From: Coniocarpon cinnabarinum
Taxonomy: Eukaryota
Direction of reading: 5' to 3'
Assembly (NCBI GenBank): GCA_051942205.1
Contig: JAVECO010000055.1
Location: 62,001 to 122,737 of the forward strand
DNA length: 60,737 nucleotides
Part shown: positions 38,491 to 50,796 of the stretch, one piece after another
Position numbering within the stretch: the first letter of the stretch is position 1
Layout: each line of letters begins with the position of its first letter
The notes under the pieces: model-generated
Database searches by the model: none
The model's input: only the letters and a program-made list of their open reading frames with translations
What the model was told of the DNA's origin: nothing
Made by a program: the position numbers and the translations under genes

Positions 38491-38602
38491 TCGCTGACAT
38501 TGCTTTGCTAATATTGCTCTACTATCATTACTTTGCTGACATTGCTTTGCTGACATTGCTCTGCTGACATTACTTTGCTGACATTGCTTTGATGACATTG
38601 CT
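38491..38602 (+). repeat. Minisatellite, 8 x 14 bp (consensus TTGCTGACATTGCT)
   Basis: Eight contiguous 14-bp units counted by eye, some with transition variants. Confidence 0.85.
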
Positions 38603-39326
38603 TTCAGATGGCATCTGTTTCTCTAACAACGATACATTATGCTTCCCTGAACAAAACCTTTTTCCTTGTAGACGAGACATCCAGCACTTCATGAAGAAGG
38701 CACCTCTGCTGCATCAACAGTTTCTATGCCGCCAACAGAATATTCTGCATCCTCATGCAGCAAGGCTCAGGAACAAAAGTCGATGTCATCTCAGTCTCCG
38801 CGACGAGCCTGTGATGACAATTCGGGTTACAGAGGTCGGCTTACAGAGCTATAAGTATAATAGCGAAAGTCCTTTGCTCTAAAATGCCGTGTAGGTCAGT
38901 GTGTGGCAATTTTCTTACTATTGGGCCTGTGGTACCTCTCACTGCCATTCGCCTCGTTCCTGTATTCAATATGCACCTTGATTCAGAGGGCCGAGGTAGT
39001 GATAAGGACGTTATCGCATTGGTGAGGATCGAGGGAGCGGAGGGCAGTAAGAGGGCGTCTCTCTTCTCCAAGTACTTCAAGCTGTACCTGATTCCGCTGT
39101 ACCTTAAGATACAGTAGCCCAAGCAATAGATCGTCACAGCGCTTATAACACCCGCTTCAAGTCGAAAGCATCAAAACGAAGGACGGAGTCGAACAGTCAT
39201 TCATAATTAGTCGTACTAGTACATATGCTCTCCCGAGTCTGAGAAAAACTCCATGACAAACCAACGCCCGGCTGCGTAACTAATCAATCACACACCTCTC
39301 AACAACTCCGCGCTCTCTCGTTGCGT

Positions 39327-42300
39327 CTATTTCTTGCCGGTAAGTCCACCAAGCAGACCACCAGGCAAGCCGCCACCAGCGCTCTTGCCGCCCTTCTTGC
39401 CGCCGCCCAACAACTTGTCGAGACCGAGCGATCCCAGAATGCCGCCGACCAAGTTGCCCAGGCCGAGGCCACCAAGAAGCTTGCCGACGAGACCCAGCAC
39501 ACCTGACAGAAGCAGCCCGACGGCCGCCAGAATCTGGAACAGTGGCTCGGTCAGGAGCGCCCACAGGGGGTTGAGCTCCTTGCTGGCGTGCGGCATGCCT
39601 GCAATCTTACGCTTCGCGTTGTCGATCGTCTCGGTGACGGTACCAGTCAACTCTTTGAGCTGGTTGGCCAAGCGGTGCTCAGCGGGTGATGCTTCGCCCT
39701 CGGCAGCACGCTCCTTGGCTTGCGCTTGCATCTTGCCTTCAGGATCGAGCTGGCGGATTTCTTTGTTGGTTTCGTCGAGGATAGCGGCGCCTTCTTCGAT
39801 GAGGGGACGCACGTTCTTAACGAGCTGCTCTTCATCGAGCTCCTCTTTGGGTGTTTGTTCGGCATCGTTAATGTACTGTTTGCATGATTAGCATGACATC
39901 GCTTTTACTGAGAAAACGATGGGACAGGAGACTTACGTCAGTGATGGCACGGCAGATGCGGTTCATCTTGTCAAGCTTCTCCTCAATGATGAAGCTCATA
40001 CGCTTGGCAAGCTTCTCATCCTTGGCCTTTTGCTCGTCGAGTTCCTTCTGCTTGGCTTCCTCTTCGGCCTGCTTCTTCTCGGCGTCAATCTCTTCTTGTG
40101 TCTTCTCAGGCTTGAGGTTTTCGACGAGGGTGACGCTGCCAATGGAGGTGCCCTTCTGGTCGACGACATCACCATCGTCGTCAATGGTCTTGCCACGGCA
40201 ACGGTTCAGGTCGCCGCTCGTGAGCTTGGCAATCATGTCGCCGTCAGCGTTGATGACATTGCCTTCTTTGTTGATCTTGAGACCAGCCGCTGGATGGACG
40301 TCGTGCGGCTTCTCTTCTGGCTCCCAGCGCTCGGCCTTGCCAAGTGTGTTGCCGTTAGAGTCAGTGATGTCGCCGTCCTGGTCGACTTGACGGCCCTCGA
40401 GGCTCTTCGGGTCACCCTGGGTGAGTCGTCCAACAATGTTGCCGGCTGGTCCGACGACGGTACCATCCTTGGTGACAGTGCATGGCTGGAATGCGGAAAA
40501 AGGACCTTCCTTGGCGCCCTCACGCTCCGATGGAGGGATAAGCTCGGCCTTACCCAAGACATTGCCACCCTCGTCGAAGATCTCGCCGTTCTTGCCGCAC
40601 ATCTTCCCGGCAAGCTTCTTGGGGTCGCCTTCAACGACTTTGCCGATGATTGTACCGTCTGTGTCCACCACATTACCAGCCTTGTTGACACGCTTGCCAG
40701 CCAGAGCAGATAGATCAGGTGGTGCCTCTTCCTCTGGTTCAGGTTCGTCGTAGCGCTCAGCACGGCCAAGTTCGTTACCATTCTTGTCAAGAATGGCACC
40801 GTCAGCATCGATTGTCTTGCCCGCAAGCTTCTTGGGATCGCCTTCAACGACTTTGCCCACAACTTGATCGCCAAAGATGACATCGCCGTTCTTCGAGACC
40901 TTGGCGTCGGGGAAATCGTCAAAGGGACCAACGCGCTTGTCTGCGATCTGTTCCTTGGGCAGAGGCTCAGCTTGGCCGGCCTTTTTGCCCCTGTTATCCC
41001 AAATCACACCCTTTTCATCACAGGTGCTGCCTTCGAGGTTCTTAGCATTGCCTCGCTTCAGGAAACCGACGACATTGCCGTTGCTGTCAACAACATTGCC
41101 GGTCTTGGTGACGGTTGCACCTTCCAAGATGGAATAGTCGAGAGGCTCGGGCGGGTTCGCTTTTCCAAGGTTGTTGCCGTCTTCGTCGATCATGTCGCCT
41201 TCAAGAGTGATTTCTTTGATAGAGGTGCCAGATACGTCTTCCTGGAGATCTTCTGGGACGGATCCAATGACTCTGCCCTTCTCATCCTTGAGGACGCCAT
41301 TTTCATCCATGTTGAGAAGCCCCCTGAACTTGGGGAAAGCGCTCTTTACTTTCTCTGCCTTGCCCAGAACGTCGCCATTCTCTCCGATGATATCGCCTTC
41401 TGGGGTGACTTCTTGGATCTTTTGGTCTCCAATCTTGGACTGGACGTCTTCTGGCACTTGTGCAATGACGTTACCAGCTTCGTCAAGTAGCTTCCCATCT
41501 TCGAGGCCCATCAAGCCCTTTGCGTCGGGAAAGACGCTCTCAGCTGCATCAGTGACCGTGCCTTTAGCACCTTCGACGGCTTCGTCGACTTCTGGTGGAG
41601 TCGCCTTTCCGAGCACGTCGCCTGTTTCGCCAATTATGTCACCTTCGGGCGTGATTTCCTTGATGGGAGTGTCCTTGAGCTTGTCTTGCAATTCCTTGGG
41701 CACCTGTCCGATGAGTTTGCCAGTAGAATCTACTAGGCCTCCCTCGCCAAGTGATAAGGCGCCCTGGGCTTGTGGGAACACGCCGCCAACTGTATCTTTG
41801 ACACCTTCGACTGCGTCATTGACTTCAGGTGGCAGAGCTTTGCCGAGGACGCCTCCGTCTTCACCAAGTATTTGACCATCCGAGGTAATTTCTTTGATAG
41901 GAGTGTCTTTGAGCTTGTCTTGTAAATCTTGAGGTACTTGGCCAATCAATTTGCCAGTTGAGTCGACGAGACCGCCTTCACCCAGTGATAGGGCGCCTTG
42001 TGCCTGAGGAAATACGCCTCCGACCGTGTCCTTGACTCCTTCGACAGCGTCGTTGACTTCTGGTGGGAGAGCTTTCCCAAGAATGCCTCCGTCTTCGCCC
42101 AGAATCTGACCTTCTGGGGTGATCTCTTTGATCGGGGTATCTTTAAGGGTATTCTGAAGCTCTTGAGGAACCTGTCCAATGAGTTTGCCGGTTGAATCTA
42201 CTAGGCCACCTTCACCCAGTGACAGAGTACCTTCTGCTTGAGGGAAGACGCCTCCTGCGACTTGACCGACTTGGTCAACTGCACCACCGGCAGCATTGCC

Positions 42301-43022
42301 AGCTTCACCAGCAATACCGCCCACACCATCAACGGCGCCTCCGGCAGTCTTTTGCAGGCCACCTTGGACGTCGCCGCCAGCCACGTCGCCGACACCTTCG
42401 ACGGTATTGCCTAATAGCCCACCAACCTGATTAGTGATACCTCCAACGGCATTTGTGGCGTTTCCAAGCAACCCACCAACGGCGTCACCACCCTGGCCGG
42501 CCTCACTTGGCTCTGCTTGTCCAAGGACATTGCCCTCTTGGTCAACTGCTCTCTATCAGAATAAGTCCTCAAAATTCGTCGAAAAACCTGCTTACCAATG
42601 TCGCCCTCCTGGTCGACAACTTGTCCTGCAAGATTCTTGCCGGGTTTTCCGCTGACGCTCCCTATCACGCTTCCCTCATTGTCGAGCACTGACATGCCGT
42701 CTTGGCCAACTTGACCGGCAGGGACGATCTCGTCATCGTCACCTTCCTCTTCTTCCTCGCCCTCACCTTCACCCTCTTCCTCATCTTCGTCATTCGTGGC
42801 GCCTTCGACAGCTTGTTCACCGTCTTCGGCAGCGCCGTCGACCGAGTCTTCTACTTCGTCGTCCACGTCAGTCGAAGCAGGTGCCTGCTGCTTGGCATTG
42901 CTCTTGACACCCGACGCCGTGTTCTTTGCACCTTTGGCGGTGCTGGTACCTTTGCCTTGAGCAGATCTGGCAGCACCCTTGGCGGGGGTGGACTGCCTGG
43001 GAGATTTGGTAGGGGTATCCAT
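39327..43022 (-). CDS. ~1194-aa DUF3659/LEA-like repeat protein with C-terminal helical bundle and hydrophobic Gly/Leu tail. Exons 43022-42596, 42545-39937, 39875-39327
   Basis: Many G-x-V-x-D-x-x-G-x-x-I-G and EGDPKKLAGK repeats; consensus introns keep the frame; C-terminus PLWALLTEPLFQILAAVGLLLSGVLGLVGKLLGGLGLG. Confidence 0.88.
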
Positions 43023-44322
43023 CAATGACTGTCCGTCGGTGCGGCTCGTCGTTTGCATTACAAGCGGGGACGGGAGACGAGAGACGGACCAATGATCCTT
43101 AGGTAAGTCAGGGTAAAGAGAAGAAAGTGTGTGAAGCTCGCGAAGAAGCTGCAAGCTCAGAGAAGGGTCTCTCTTATTTTAAGCGGTGGGAAAGTTGGCA
43201 GCCACTGGAGTTACCAGGGGAACATGACGAAAGCCACAGGAGCCAGAGCCGCCTTTTCACGAGCTAGAGCAGTGCGTGATTGAGGAGGGGGAGGCAAGGT
43301 GGGCGATGACATCACCGATGGGGCAACAGGCGGTCTCCTGGGCGAGTGTTTGAAGCGTGTGTCAGCAGCGAGCCAATTTGCGCGCGATGGGCCACGATGC
43401 GACGAGATGAGGCACCTCCCAAGCGCTGCCACGCACCAGCGGTTCGTCGTGCGTGGGCAGCCACACGATGGGCGCCCGTGTGGGGATCGAGCAATCAAGC
43501 CACGATCGAGACTTTGTTACGAGTAAGGCAACGATGTGCGGCACCGCTTGGGCGCGGAAAGAGCTCGAGCAAGTGCAGGGATGTCGGGCAGACTCTCTTT
43601 CAGGAGCGCGTACCCGCTTTTCTGCTTCTGCGCGACCAGCAAGGGATGAGAGGATGAGAGAGCCTTGTGGGCGGCTGAGTGGAGCCAACTGGAGTCGGGC
43701 CACACCATCAAGTGCCTTATTAGCTACCTCCCACGGGCGTCTACGTTTGTACGTGTCAAACACAGCTTCACATCATCCAGCTTGGCGGGCCTTTGGGCGA
43801 CAGACAGCGACTTCGAACGGTCAGGATGGTCAGACGGTCAACCCATCACTTGCTACTGCTTCGAGAAGAGCTTGCGCGTCCCTCATGGCAGCCTTTTAGC
43901 AGTGATGAGATGCATCGAGATTGCGGGATGCATCCGTGAGGTTCACAACGACACTAGCCACAACTGCTAGGGGCCGACTTGGTCTGACATTGGCGGTCCC
44001 GAGTCATGCCTGACAGCGGCAAGTGAACCTGTCAAGCATCCGTCGAGTCTCCTCAGTGATCACCAGCCACCGCGGGCCTTGCAGATTATGACATAGCGTC
44101 TTGAGGCGTTCACCTCGCCCTCCCCCGTCCAAGTTTTGGCGTGCTGCAGTCCGACACTGTGACGTAGTGGCCCTCGTCAGCTAAATGTCTCCACCACCTT
44201 TACTCGTTCCTACCTTCTGACCTCCTAGTCACACAACCACTCTGCTCAGCTCCTTGACCATATATCCATTCCTCTGATCCTATACCATTCACACAGTCGC
44301 GTCGTCACCCTCGCAGCGTACC

Positions 44323-44992
44323 ATGGCGCCTCAAAAGACTCCCCAGGCTTCCAGGCAGAACACCCCTGCCAAGAAACAGCAGCCTCAGATGGACGACGAT
44401 CAATTCACGCCTGAGGTCGATGAGGATGAAGACGAGGGTCAGGACGATGAAGAAGTCTCTAATGCGGATGTCGACGAGGACGACGAGCAGGCCCAGGAAG
44501 AGGAAACTCCACCCACCAGCCAGGATGGTGAGCAAGAGGAGCCTGAGCCCGAACCGCAGCCACAGCAGCAGCAGAAGGGTGGCCGTCGTCAGCGCGGCAA
44601 GCAGCAGCAGACCCAGCAGAAGCCTCAACAGCAACAGCAATCCAAGGGCGACAGCATGGTCGACCAGCTGAACAACGTCGCCGATGCTGGCCAGGTCACA
44701 AACCAGGGCAAGGAGCTGGTGGGGCAAACCGCCAACCAAGCTACGGATCAAGTCACGAGCACTGTCTCTGACACCGCCGGTGGACTTCTTGGCGGTGGGC
44801 AGTCACAGCAGGAGGGCGGGAAGAAAAAGGGCAAGGGCGGTGACGACCAGCTCCGACTGCGACTCGACCTGAACCTTGACATTGAGCTCCAGCTCAAGGC
44901 GAAGATTCACGGTGACTTGACTCTTGGACTTTTGTGAGTCTGGACCACTCCGACTTCTCGCATGCATTTATGCTAACTTGGCCAGGTCTTAG
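44323..44992 (+). CDS. Small acidic/Q-rich protein with C-terminal LRLRLDLNLDIELQLKAKIHGDLTLGLLS motif. Exons 44323-44933, 44986-44992
   Basis: ATG in ACCATGG context; intron GTGAGT...GCTAAC...CAG; C-terminal motif nearly identical to the paralog at 49515. Confidence 0.85.
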
Positions 44993-46225
44993 AAATTGAG
45001 GACATACGTGAACTCGGATCTCCACAGTCCAACAGGTCGAGGAGATCTCAATCACTTGTGTTTTCGTCTCGGCGAGGATGCCTGACCTGAGGCATTTAAT
45101 GGGTTAGTCGGGTCTTTCTGATTGTCAAAATCGAGTACCAGCAGTCACACTTGTTATGTTAATATGAACAGAAGCGCGCGGCGTTTTGAGGATGTGTTAC
45201 GTAGAGTGCTATACTATGAGCTCCAGTCTATCTCTGCATGCGTTTCTCATGATGAGATGAAATTCAGCTTGAACCAGGTTACCCATTGTCATATGACACA
45301 GTTTGAAGGCGAGCTGACGTAGCCCCGCTTGTCGTAACCAGGTGCCGCTGAGACGAATTGCAAGCCACGACTAGACCAAAGCGGCAATCGTCCCAACTTC
45401 TGTTGTTGCCAGTAAAGACGGTCAGGATTGACAGCCCCTTCACTCACTCTCATAGTATCCTGAAATAACCGTCCAGTGTTGTGGTAGTGAATTTCGTACT
45501 TTGGAGTCCAGACCGCAGCGTTTCGACCCAGCCACGCAGCCTCGGAAGTAGGCCTTAGACCCAAGACGCCAGCCACAGAAGCCACAGGAGGCGGGGAACA
45601 AGTGCGGCACACAGGCCCACCGACAGCGAGGGGCGGCGAGGCAACAGGAATGGTCCGCCCGGCAGAAAAGTGGAAACGTGTCCGGAGCAGGGCGGGCTGT
45701 GAGTGGTCGAGGACGAGACGAAGCTTGTGGGTTCCTCCCAGCTGCAGTATTGCATCATCTCGATGTGCTCTGCTCCGTCACACGCGCAAGCCTCTTGCTT
45801 TCTCGCTGCCCTCACCAGCCATCTCTGATTCAATCCGGCCAAGCCCGTCTCGTTGCTAGCACGCCCGCTTGGGATCCGGCGTGGTGTCCAACTTCTGGCT
45901 CGTAATTAATACCCGTTGAGCTCCACCGCGTGGAAGAGGTTAATCCAGACTGTAAGTGCACACCCCCGTCCTGCAAGCGCGCAACCCAGCAGCCAGCCTT
46001 GCGGATCGTAGCTTGTGGCCGCGCATCGGCAGAAATGACAAGCTCATTTCCCAGCCACATATGACGGAACCTTTCCTCTTTCTTTACTCGTGGTGTGCTT
46101 TCATAAGACTACAGTCTCACCAATACGTCCAGATTCTCTCCTACCTTGCCGACTCTAACCTTCCTTCTTACCTCTTCCTCCTCAACTTCTTCATCTCCTC
46201 CAAGCTCCTTGACCTTTACCTCACC

Positions 46226-48364
46226 ATGGCCGACGCCGCTACCCAGAAAGTGCCTAGTCAGCAATCGACCCCCATCAAGAAAAAGAAAGTCAGCTCTGCC
46301 GCTTCCACGCCCAGCAGCGCGACCAAAAAGTTCAAGCCGCAGACTGAAGGCGCCACTAACGCTGCGCCGAGTCCGAAGCAAGCTACTAACCAGGCCTCTA
46401 ACCAAGCCAATCAGGCAAAGCGACAAGCCAGCCAAGCCAAGAGTCAAGCTCAGAACCAGGCCCAGAATGCTCAGAACCAAGCTCAAGACCAGACCAAGAA
46501 TGCCCAGAGCCAGGCACAGAATGCTCAGGACCAAGCTCAGGATCAGACCCAGAATGCGCAGAGCCAGGCCCAGAATGCAACTCCATCGAGTGCTAAGAAA
46601 TTCAAAGCCCAGGCCAAGGATGCCGGCGAAGGAGCTCCTAAGCCCATAAAGAAGAAGAAGAAGCCCGTGCCCGCACCGGAACCTGAACCGGAGCCCGAGC
46701 CCGAGCCTGAGGAGGAGGAACACGAAATGGACGATGAGGAACAGGATGAAGAGGGCCACAATGAGGGTGAGGAAGACCAAGATCAAGACGAGGGTGAAGA
46801 GGATGGCGAGGAAGATGGAGAAGGCGAGGGTGAGGGTGAGGACGAAGAAGATGATGACGATGGCGAAGGAGAGGAAGATGATGAAGGCGAGGATGAGTCA
46901 CCCACTCAGCAGCTCCAGAAAACAGCACAACAGAGCGCTAGCTCTGCTGCGCCTCAAGCCGGGCAGGCTCAAAAAATGGCCGGTGGTCTGAGCCAAAAGG
47001 GTCAAGATCAAGCCGGATCTACTGTCAACGAGGTCAAGGGTGCCGCTGGTGGTCTCGGTGGTTCTGCCGAAGGCATGGCCAACATTGGTGGCAAGGCCAA
47101 GGGCGGCCTTGGTGGCATGTTTGGATCCGTTTCCAGCACGAAAAACCAAGCGCAAGACGCCGCAGGTGGTGCGACCGATCAGGTGCAGAACACTGCGAAA
47201 AGCGCACCTGGCCAAGCGCAGAGAGCGGCGAAGGGTGCTACTGACCAAGCCCAGAATACCGCCAAGGGTCTGCCAGACCAAGCGCAAGGGGCTGCGAAGG
47301 GTGCGACAGACAAGGCACAAGACACCGCGAAGGGTCTCCCCAACCAAGCACAAGGCGCCACCAAAGGGCTCACGGATCAAGCTCAGGGCGCAGCATCAGG
47401 TGCAACGAAGCAAGGTGGCGGTGGCAGCAGCTTACCTGGGCTACCCAGCATCCCAGGTCTCAGCAGCGTGCAAAGCACTCTCGGAAAGGGCGCGAAGGGT
47501 GTAACTGACACTGTTGGCAACATTGGAGGCGGCCTCAGCTCTCTGGCCTCCAGTGCCCTCGGCCAAGTCACTGGACTCGTCGGAGGTACGGTCAATCAAA
47601 GCGGACAGATCGTCAGCCAGGGCGGTGATGTCGTTGGCAGCGCTGTTGGCAATGTGAGCGACATGGCGGGCAAGTCCGTCAACGAGCTTGGCCAAGTCGT
47701 CGATCAAAGCGGCAACGTCATCGGCGGTTTGGGCGGCATTGCCCCAGACGCTCTCAAAGATGGCCTGGGCTCTGTCACCGGCATTGTTGGTTCTTCAGTG
47801 AGCCAAAATGGCGACCTCCTGGGTGAGGGAGGTCAGATCCTCGGAAAGGTCACTGGTGATGTCACCAACATGGTTGGCAAGACCGTTTCATCTGGCGGCG
47901 AAATCGTTGACGACGCTGGCAATGTCCTCGGTAACGTCGCAGAGATCGCGCCAAATGCCCTTCAAGGCGACACTTCCGCAGTCACTGGTGCTCTCGAGGG
48001 CATTCAAGGCATGGTCGGAAAGGGAGTTGATCAAGCCGGCAACATTGTGGATGACAGCGGCAACATTCTCGGCCAGGCGACAGGCGACATCACGAAGTTG
48101 GCTGGCCACGCCACTGTCGACCGAGTAGGCAACCTCGTCGACCAGGCTGGCAACATTTTGGGTACTGTTTCGCAGAAGAGCTCCGGTGGTCTGTCACAAG
48201 GCCAAGGTTCCAACGACCGCGAAGTGCGCACAAACATCAACAGGGGCAGCGGCGAAGTCGACAACAGCTTCAACGGAAACGACATCTACCTGAATGTGCA
48301 GTCGAGCCGGGATGCGATTACGGTCACTATTCGCGTACCAACGGTGCTTGGGCAGAACAAGTAG
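46226..48364 (+). CDS. ~712-aa protein: Q/A-rich LEA-like repeats, acidic tract, DUF3659-like G-x-V-x-D-x-x-G repeats, short beta-rich C-terminus
   Basis: Long ORF with ACCATGG start; repeats AQNQAQ, GATDQAQxTAK and GQVVDQSGNVIG/GNIVDDSGNILG; ends NDIYLNVQSSRDAITVTIRVPT. Confidence 0.85.
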   Translation: MADAATQKVPSQQSTPIKKKKVSSAASTPSSATKKFKPQTEGATNAAPSPKQATNQASNQANQAKRQASQAKSQAQNQAQNAQNQAQDQTKNAQSQAQNAQDQAQDQTQNAQSQAQNATPSSAKKFKAQAKDAGEGAPKPIKKKKKPVPAPEPEPEPEPEPEEEEHEMDDEEQDEEGHNEGEEDQDQDEGEEDGEEDGEGEGEGEDEEDDDDGEGEEDDEGEDESPTQQLQKTAQQSASSAAPQAGQAQKMAGGLSQKGQDQAGSTVNEVKGAAGGLGGSAEGMANIGGKAKGGLGGMFGSVSSTKNQAQDAAGGATDQVQNTAKSAPGQAQRAAKGATDQAQNTAKGLPDQAQGAAKGATDKAQDTAKGLPNQAQGATKGLTDQAQGAASGATKQGGGGSSLPGLPSIPGLSSVQSTLGKGAKGVTDTVGNIGGGLSSLASSALGQVTGLVGGTVNQSGQIVSQGGDVVGSAVGNVSDMAGKSVNELGQVVDQSGNVIGGLGGIAPDALKDGLGSVTGIVGSSVSQNGDLLGEGGQILGKVTGDVTNMVGKTVSSGGEIVDDAGNVLGNVAEIAPNALQGDTSAVTGALEGIQGMVGKGVDQAGNIVDDSGNILGQATGDITKLAGHATVDRVGNLVDQAGNILGTVSQKSSGGLSQGQGSNDREVRTNINRGSGEVDNSFNGNDIYLNVQSSRDAITVTIRVPTVLGQNK

Positions 48365-49514
48365 GACTCACGCTTGGAAGCAATCTAGAGGTCCATTGAA
48401 GTCAGGTTGATGAGAAGAGCATGTGTTTGAGCTTTGGCGTTGACATGGCGTAGCCATTTACTTTGATGGATGTCGCGAGCGAGGTGTTCTGTGTATTTAA
48501 TCTCATCGCGGTAGAGTGTCGTTCTAATGCTAAAGAATCTCCTCTGTCATCTAACTTTCTTCGATTATTTCAATGCATACCTCACGCGATTTCATACGCG
48601 TTGAGTGAATTTATTGTGGTCGCTATAACTTTCTTGACAGCAGATGAGACCCTGCCCAAGTGTACACTTCGTCCATGTCGAGTATCTCCACGTTCTCATC
48701 TCAGTTCCAGCACAATGAACGAATAGGAACTGCGGAGTCTCTCGCTCCGAAACGTGATCTTTGCTAAGCTGATGACTTTGCACCTCAATGCAATTCTCTC
48801 ACAACCTTAGGAGGGAGCTCTGCGGAGGACATCAGCCACATCAAACTACTGTCCAGACGACACCTCCACCCAAAAGCCACCGTCGTTTCAAGAATTCCAA
48901 TCAGCAGTAGCGCCCAGGCCCGTGGTGGAACTCGTCAGCAGCCGCACCCAAAAGTTGGCAGGCGTCCGTGCGCAGGTGTGGCGGGTGTGACTGTGACGGT
49001 GACGTCGGCTCCCGTTAGTCTTACGCTTCTTGGTTGTAGCTCTGGTGCTCTGATGGGGGCGGCAGCCGTGGCTGTGGTGGGATGGCAGGTTGGCGCTGAG
49101 AGGAGATACCTATGACGTCCTGCCGTCAGAGCTTCGTCTGGTTTGCTTTCGGGATCTAGGCTGGCTTGTGATTCTTTTGGTGCTCTGCTGTTGATGAGCG
49201 TTGTACTGTTGTGATTTTCGGTCTCGCTTGATGGTGAGATTGCGAGGTGCTGCTATCTTATTTGAATTGCATGTGAAGAGAATATACTTGCTTTGCTGAG
49301 CTGTGACGTTGCTTGGACTCACTACGGCGCATCACCTTGAAGCCTGCAATACTCACCAGCCTCTTGACTTCTGATACACACACAAATTCTGCCATCCCAT
49401 TCGCCGTAGCAGAGACCGGTGCTACCATCCTGTGATCATTCAGAGCTCAAAACCAAAAACCTAAAAACCGACAGCCTTCAGAACATAACATCCCAGTTCC
49501 GATCTCATTCCACC

Positions 49515-49988
49515 ATGTCCGAAACCACCTCATCCTCTTCTCCTACCCCGGCCAAGAAGGCACCCACCAAGAAGAAACAAACGCCTAAAAAGCGCAACGC
49601 CACACCCCGTGATCCAGGGCCACGCGACTCTTCTCCGCAACCCAGCGAAGCCACCATTGACTTCGGCGGCACGCCCGATGAGCGTCAACAGCAAGGCACG
49701 CCGCGGCCTCAAGGTCGACAGCAGGGTCAGCAAAACCAGCAGTTACAGCAGCAGCAGCAGGGTCAGAATCAGGAGTTGCAGCAACAGCAGGAAGGGCAGC
49801 AAGGACAGGGTCAGGGTCAGGGTCAGGGTCAAGAGATGCAACAGCAGGGTGGCGGGGAGCAAGAAGGTGGTGGGGGGAAAGGTGGCGGAGGACATAATAT
49901 GAGGTTGCGATTGGATTTGAATCTGGAGATTGAGTTGCAGATTAAAGCCAGGATTCACGGGGACTTGACGTTAGGATTGATGTCGTGA
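49515..49988 (+). CDS. Small Q/G-rich paralog with C-terminal MRLRLDLNLEIELQIKARIHGDLTLGLMS motif
   Basis: ACCATG start; shares the terminal ~28-aa motif with 44323-44992. Confidence 0.85.
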   Translation: MSETTSSSSPTPAKKAPTKKKQTPKKRNATPRDPGPRDSSPQPSEATIDFGGTPDERQQQGTPRPQGRQQGQQNQQLQQQQQGQNQELQQQQEGQQGQGQGQGQGQEMQQQGGGEQEGGGGKGGGGHNMRLRLDLNLEIELQIKARIHGDLTLGLMS

Positions 49989-50796
49989 TTCATGTCGATG
50001 TCGAGGGTAGCTCTAGGTAAAAGAGTGGATGAGGAAGGGAGAAGCGTCGGTCAGTGAGGATCAGCTGCTGGAGTTGATGTGGTGCAGAGAGGCTCACTAG
50101 CGGAATGTCAGAAGTTTCGACGTGGGAGGCACGAATGTGAGAAGGCTATTATGGAGCAACGAATGGACGTAGCAACACGGCACCTGTTATAGTTTTGCGA
50201 TTTATTCGATTCTGGGTCTCAAGTACTTCCTACATACGTATAACGCACAATTTTCCAACCCCTTTGGACTGTCCCACGAACATGCTCTCCTCAAGCTGCC
50301 TGTCCCATCCAAGCTCTTGAATCGTAGGTAGTCATACAGCTTTGCGGGTGGATATGACGTACCCAACACACTCGCCCCATCCCATCTCACGCGCTCTTCT
50401 CGTCGCATCTGTACCACGGTTTCTGCTCTTCCTCTCGCCCATGGTTGTGCCTACTGGATCACTGCTCAATTTCATCAAATCTTGAATTTCAGATCTCTTG
50501 ACCAATCGCCTGATAATGGGCTTCTGACGTTTGACGTATCGTTGCGACGTGTATAGGTCACTTCCAAGTTTCGGGCCAGTTTCATATAAGTATTTCTTTT
50601 TTCAAGGGTACCTCGTAAAGAAGCAGCCTCGACGTTCCATACTCCCCATTCTCATCGCCGACTCGACCACAGGAAGCTATCACGTACCCAACCAGTTCTC
50701 CTCGCATCGAAACGTGACCGCATCGTACCTGAACCCTCGAAACTTGTCAACCACCTCTACACACTACCTTCGTCATCTCCATTTCCAGCACCAACC

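Noticed and set aside
38491..38602. Tandem arrays here, at ~36.2 kb and at ~52.6 kb as possible CRISPR arrays
   Set aside because: No unique spacers, no cas genes and a eukaryotic context; these are simple satellites.
45956..46225. Upstream 90-codon extension of the 802-aa ORF
   Set aside because: Starts at GTG and runs through pyrimidine-rich promoter/UTR-like sequence; the ATG at 46226 has the good ACCATGG context.
48780..49322. Possible sixth cluster gene on the minus strand
   Set aside because: Only a 70-codon non-ATG ORF, and I could not build a consistent spliced model.
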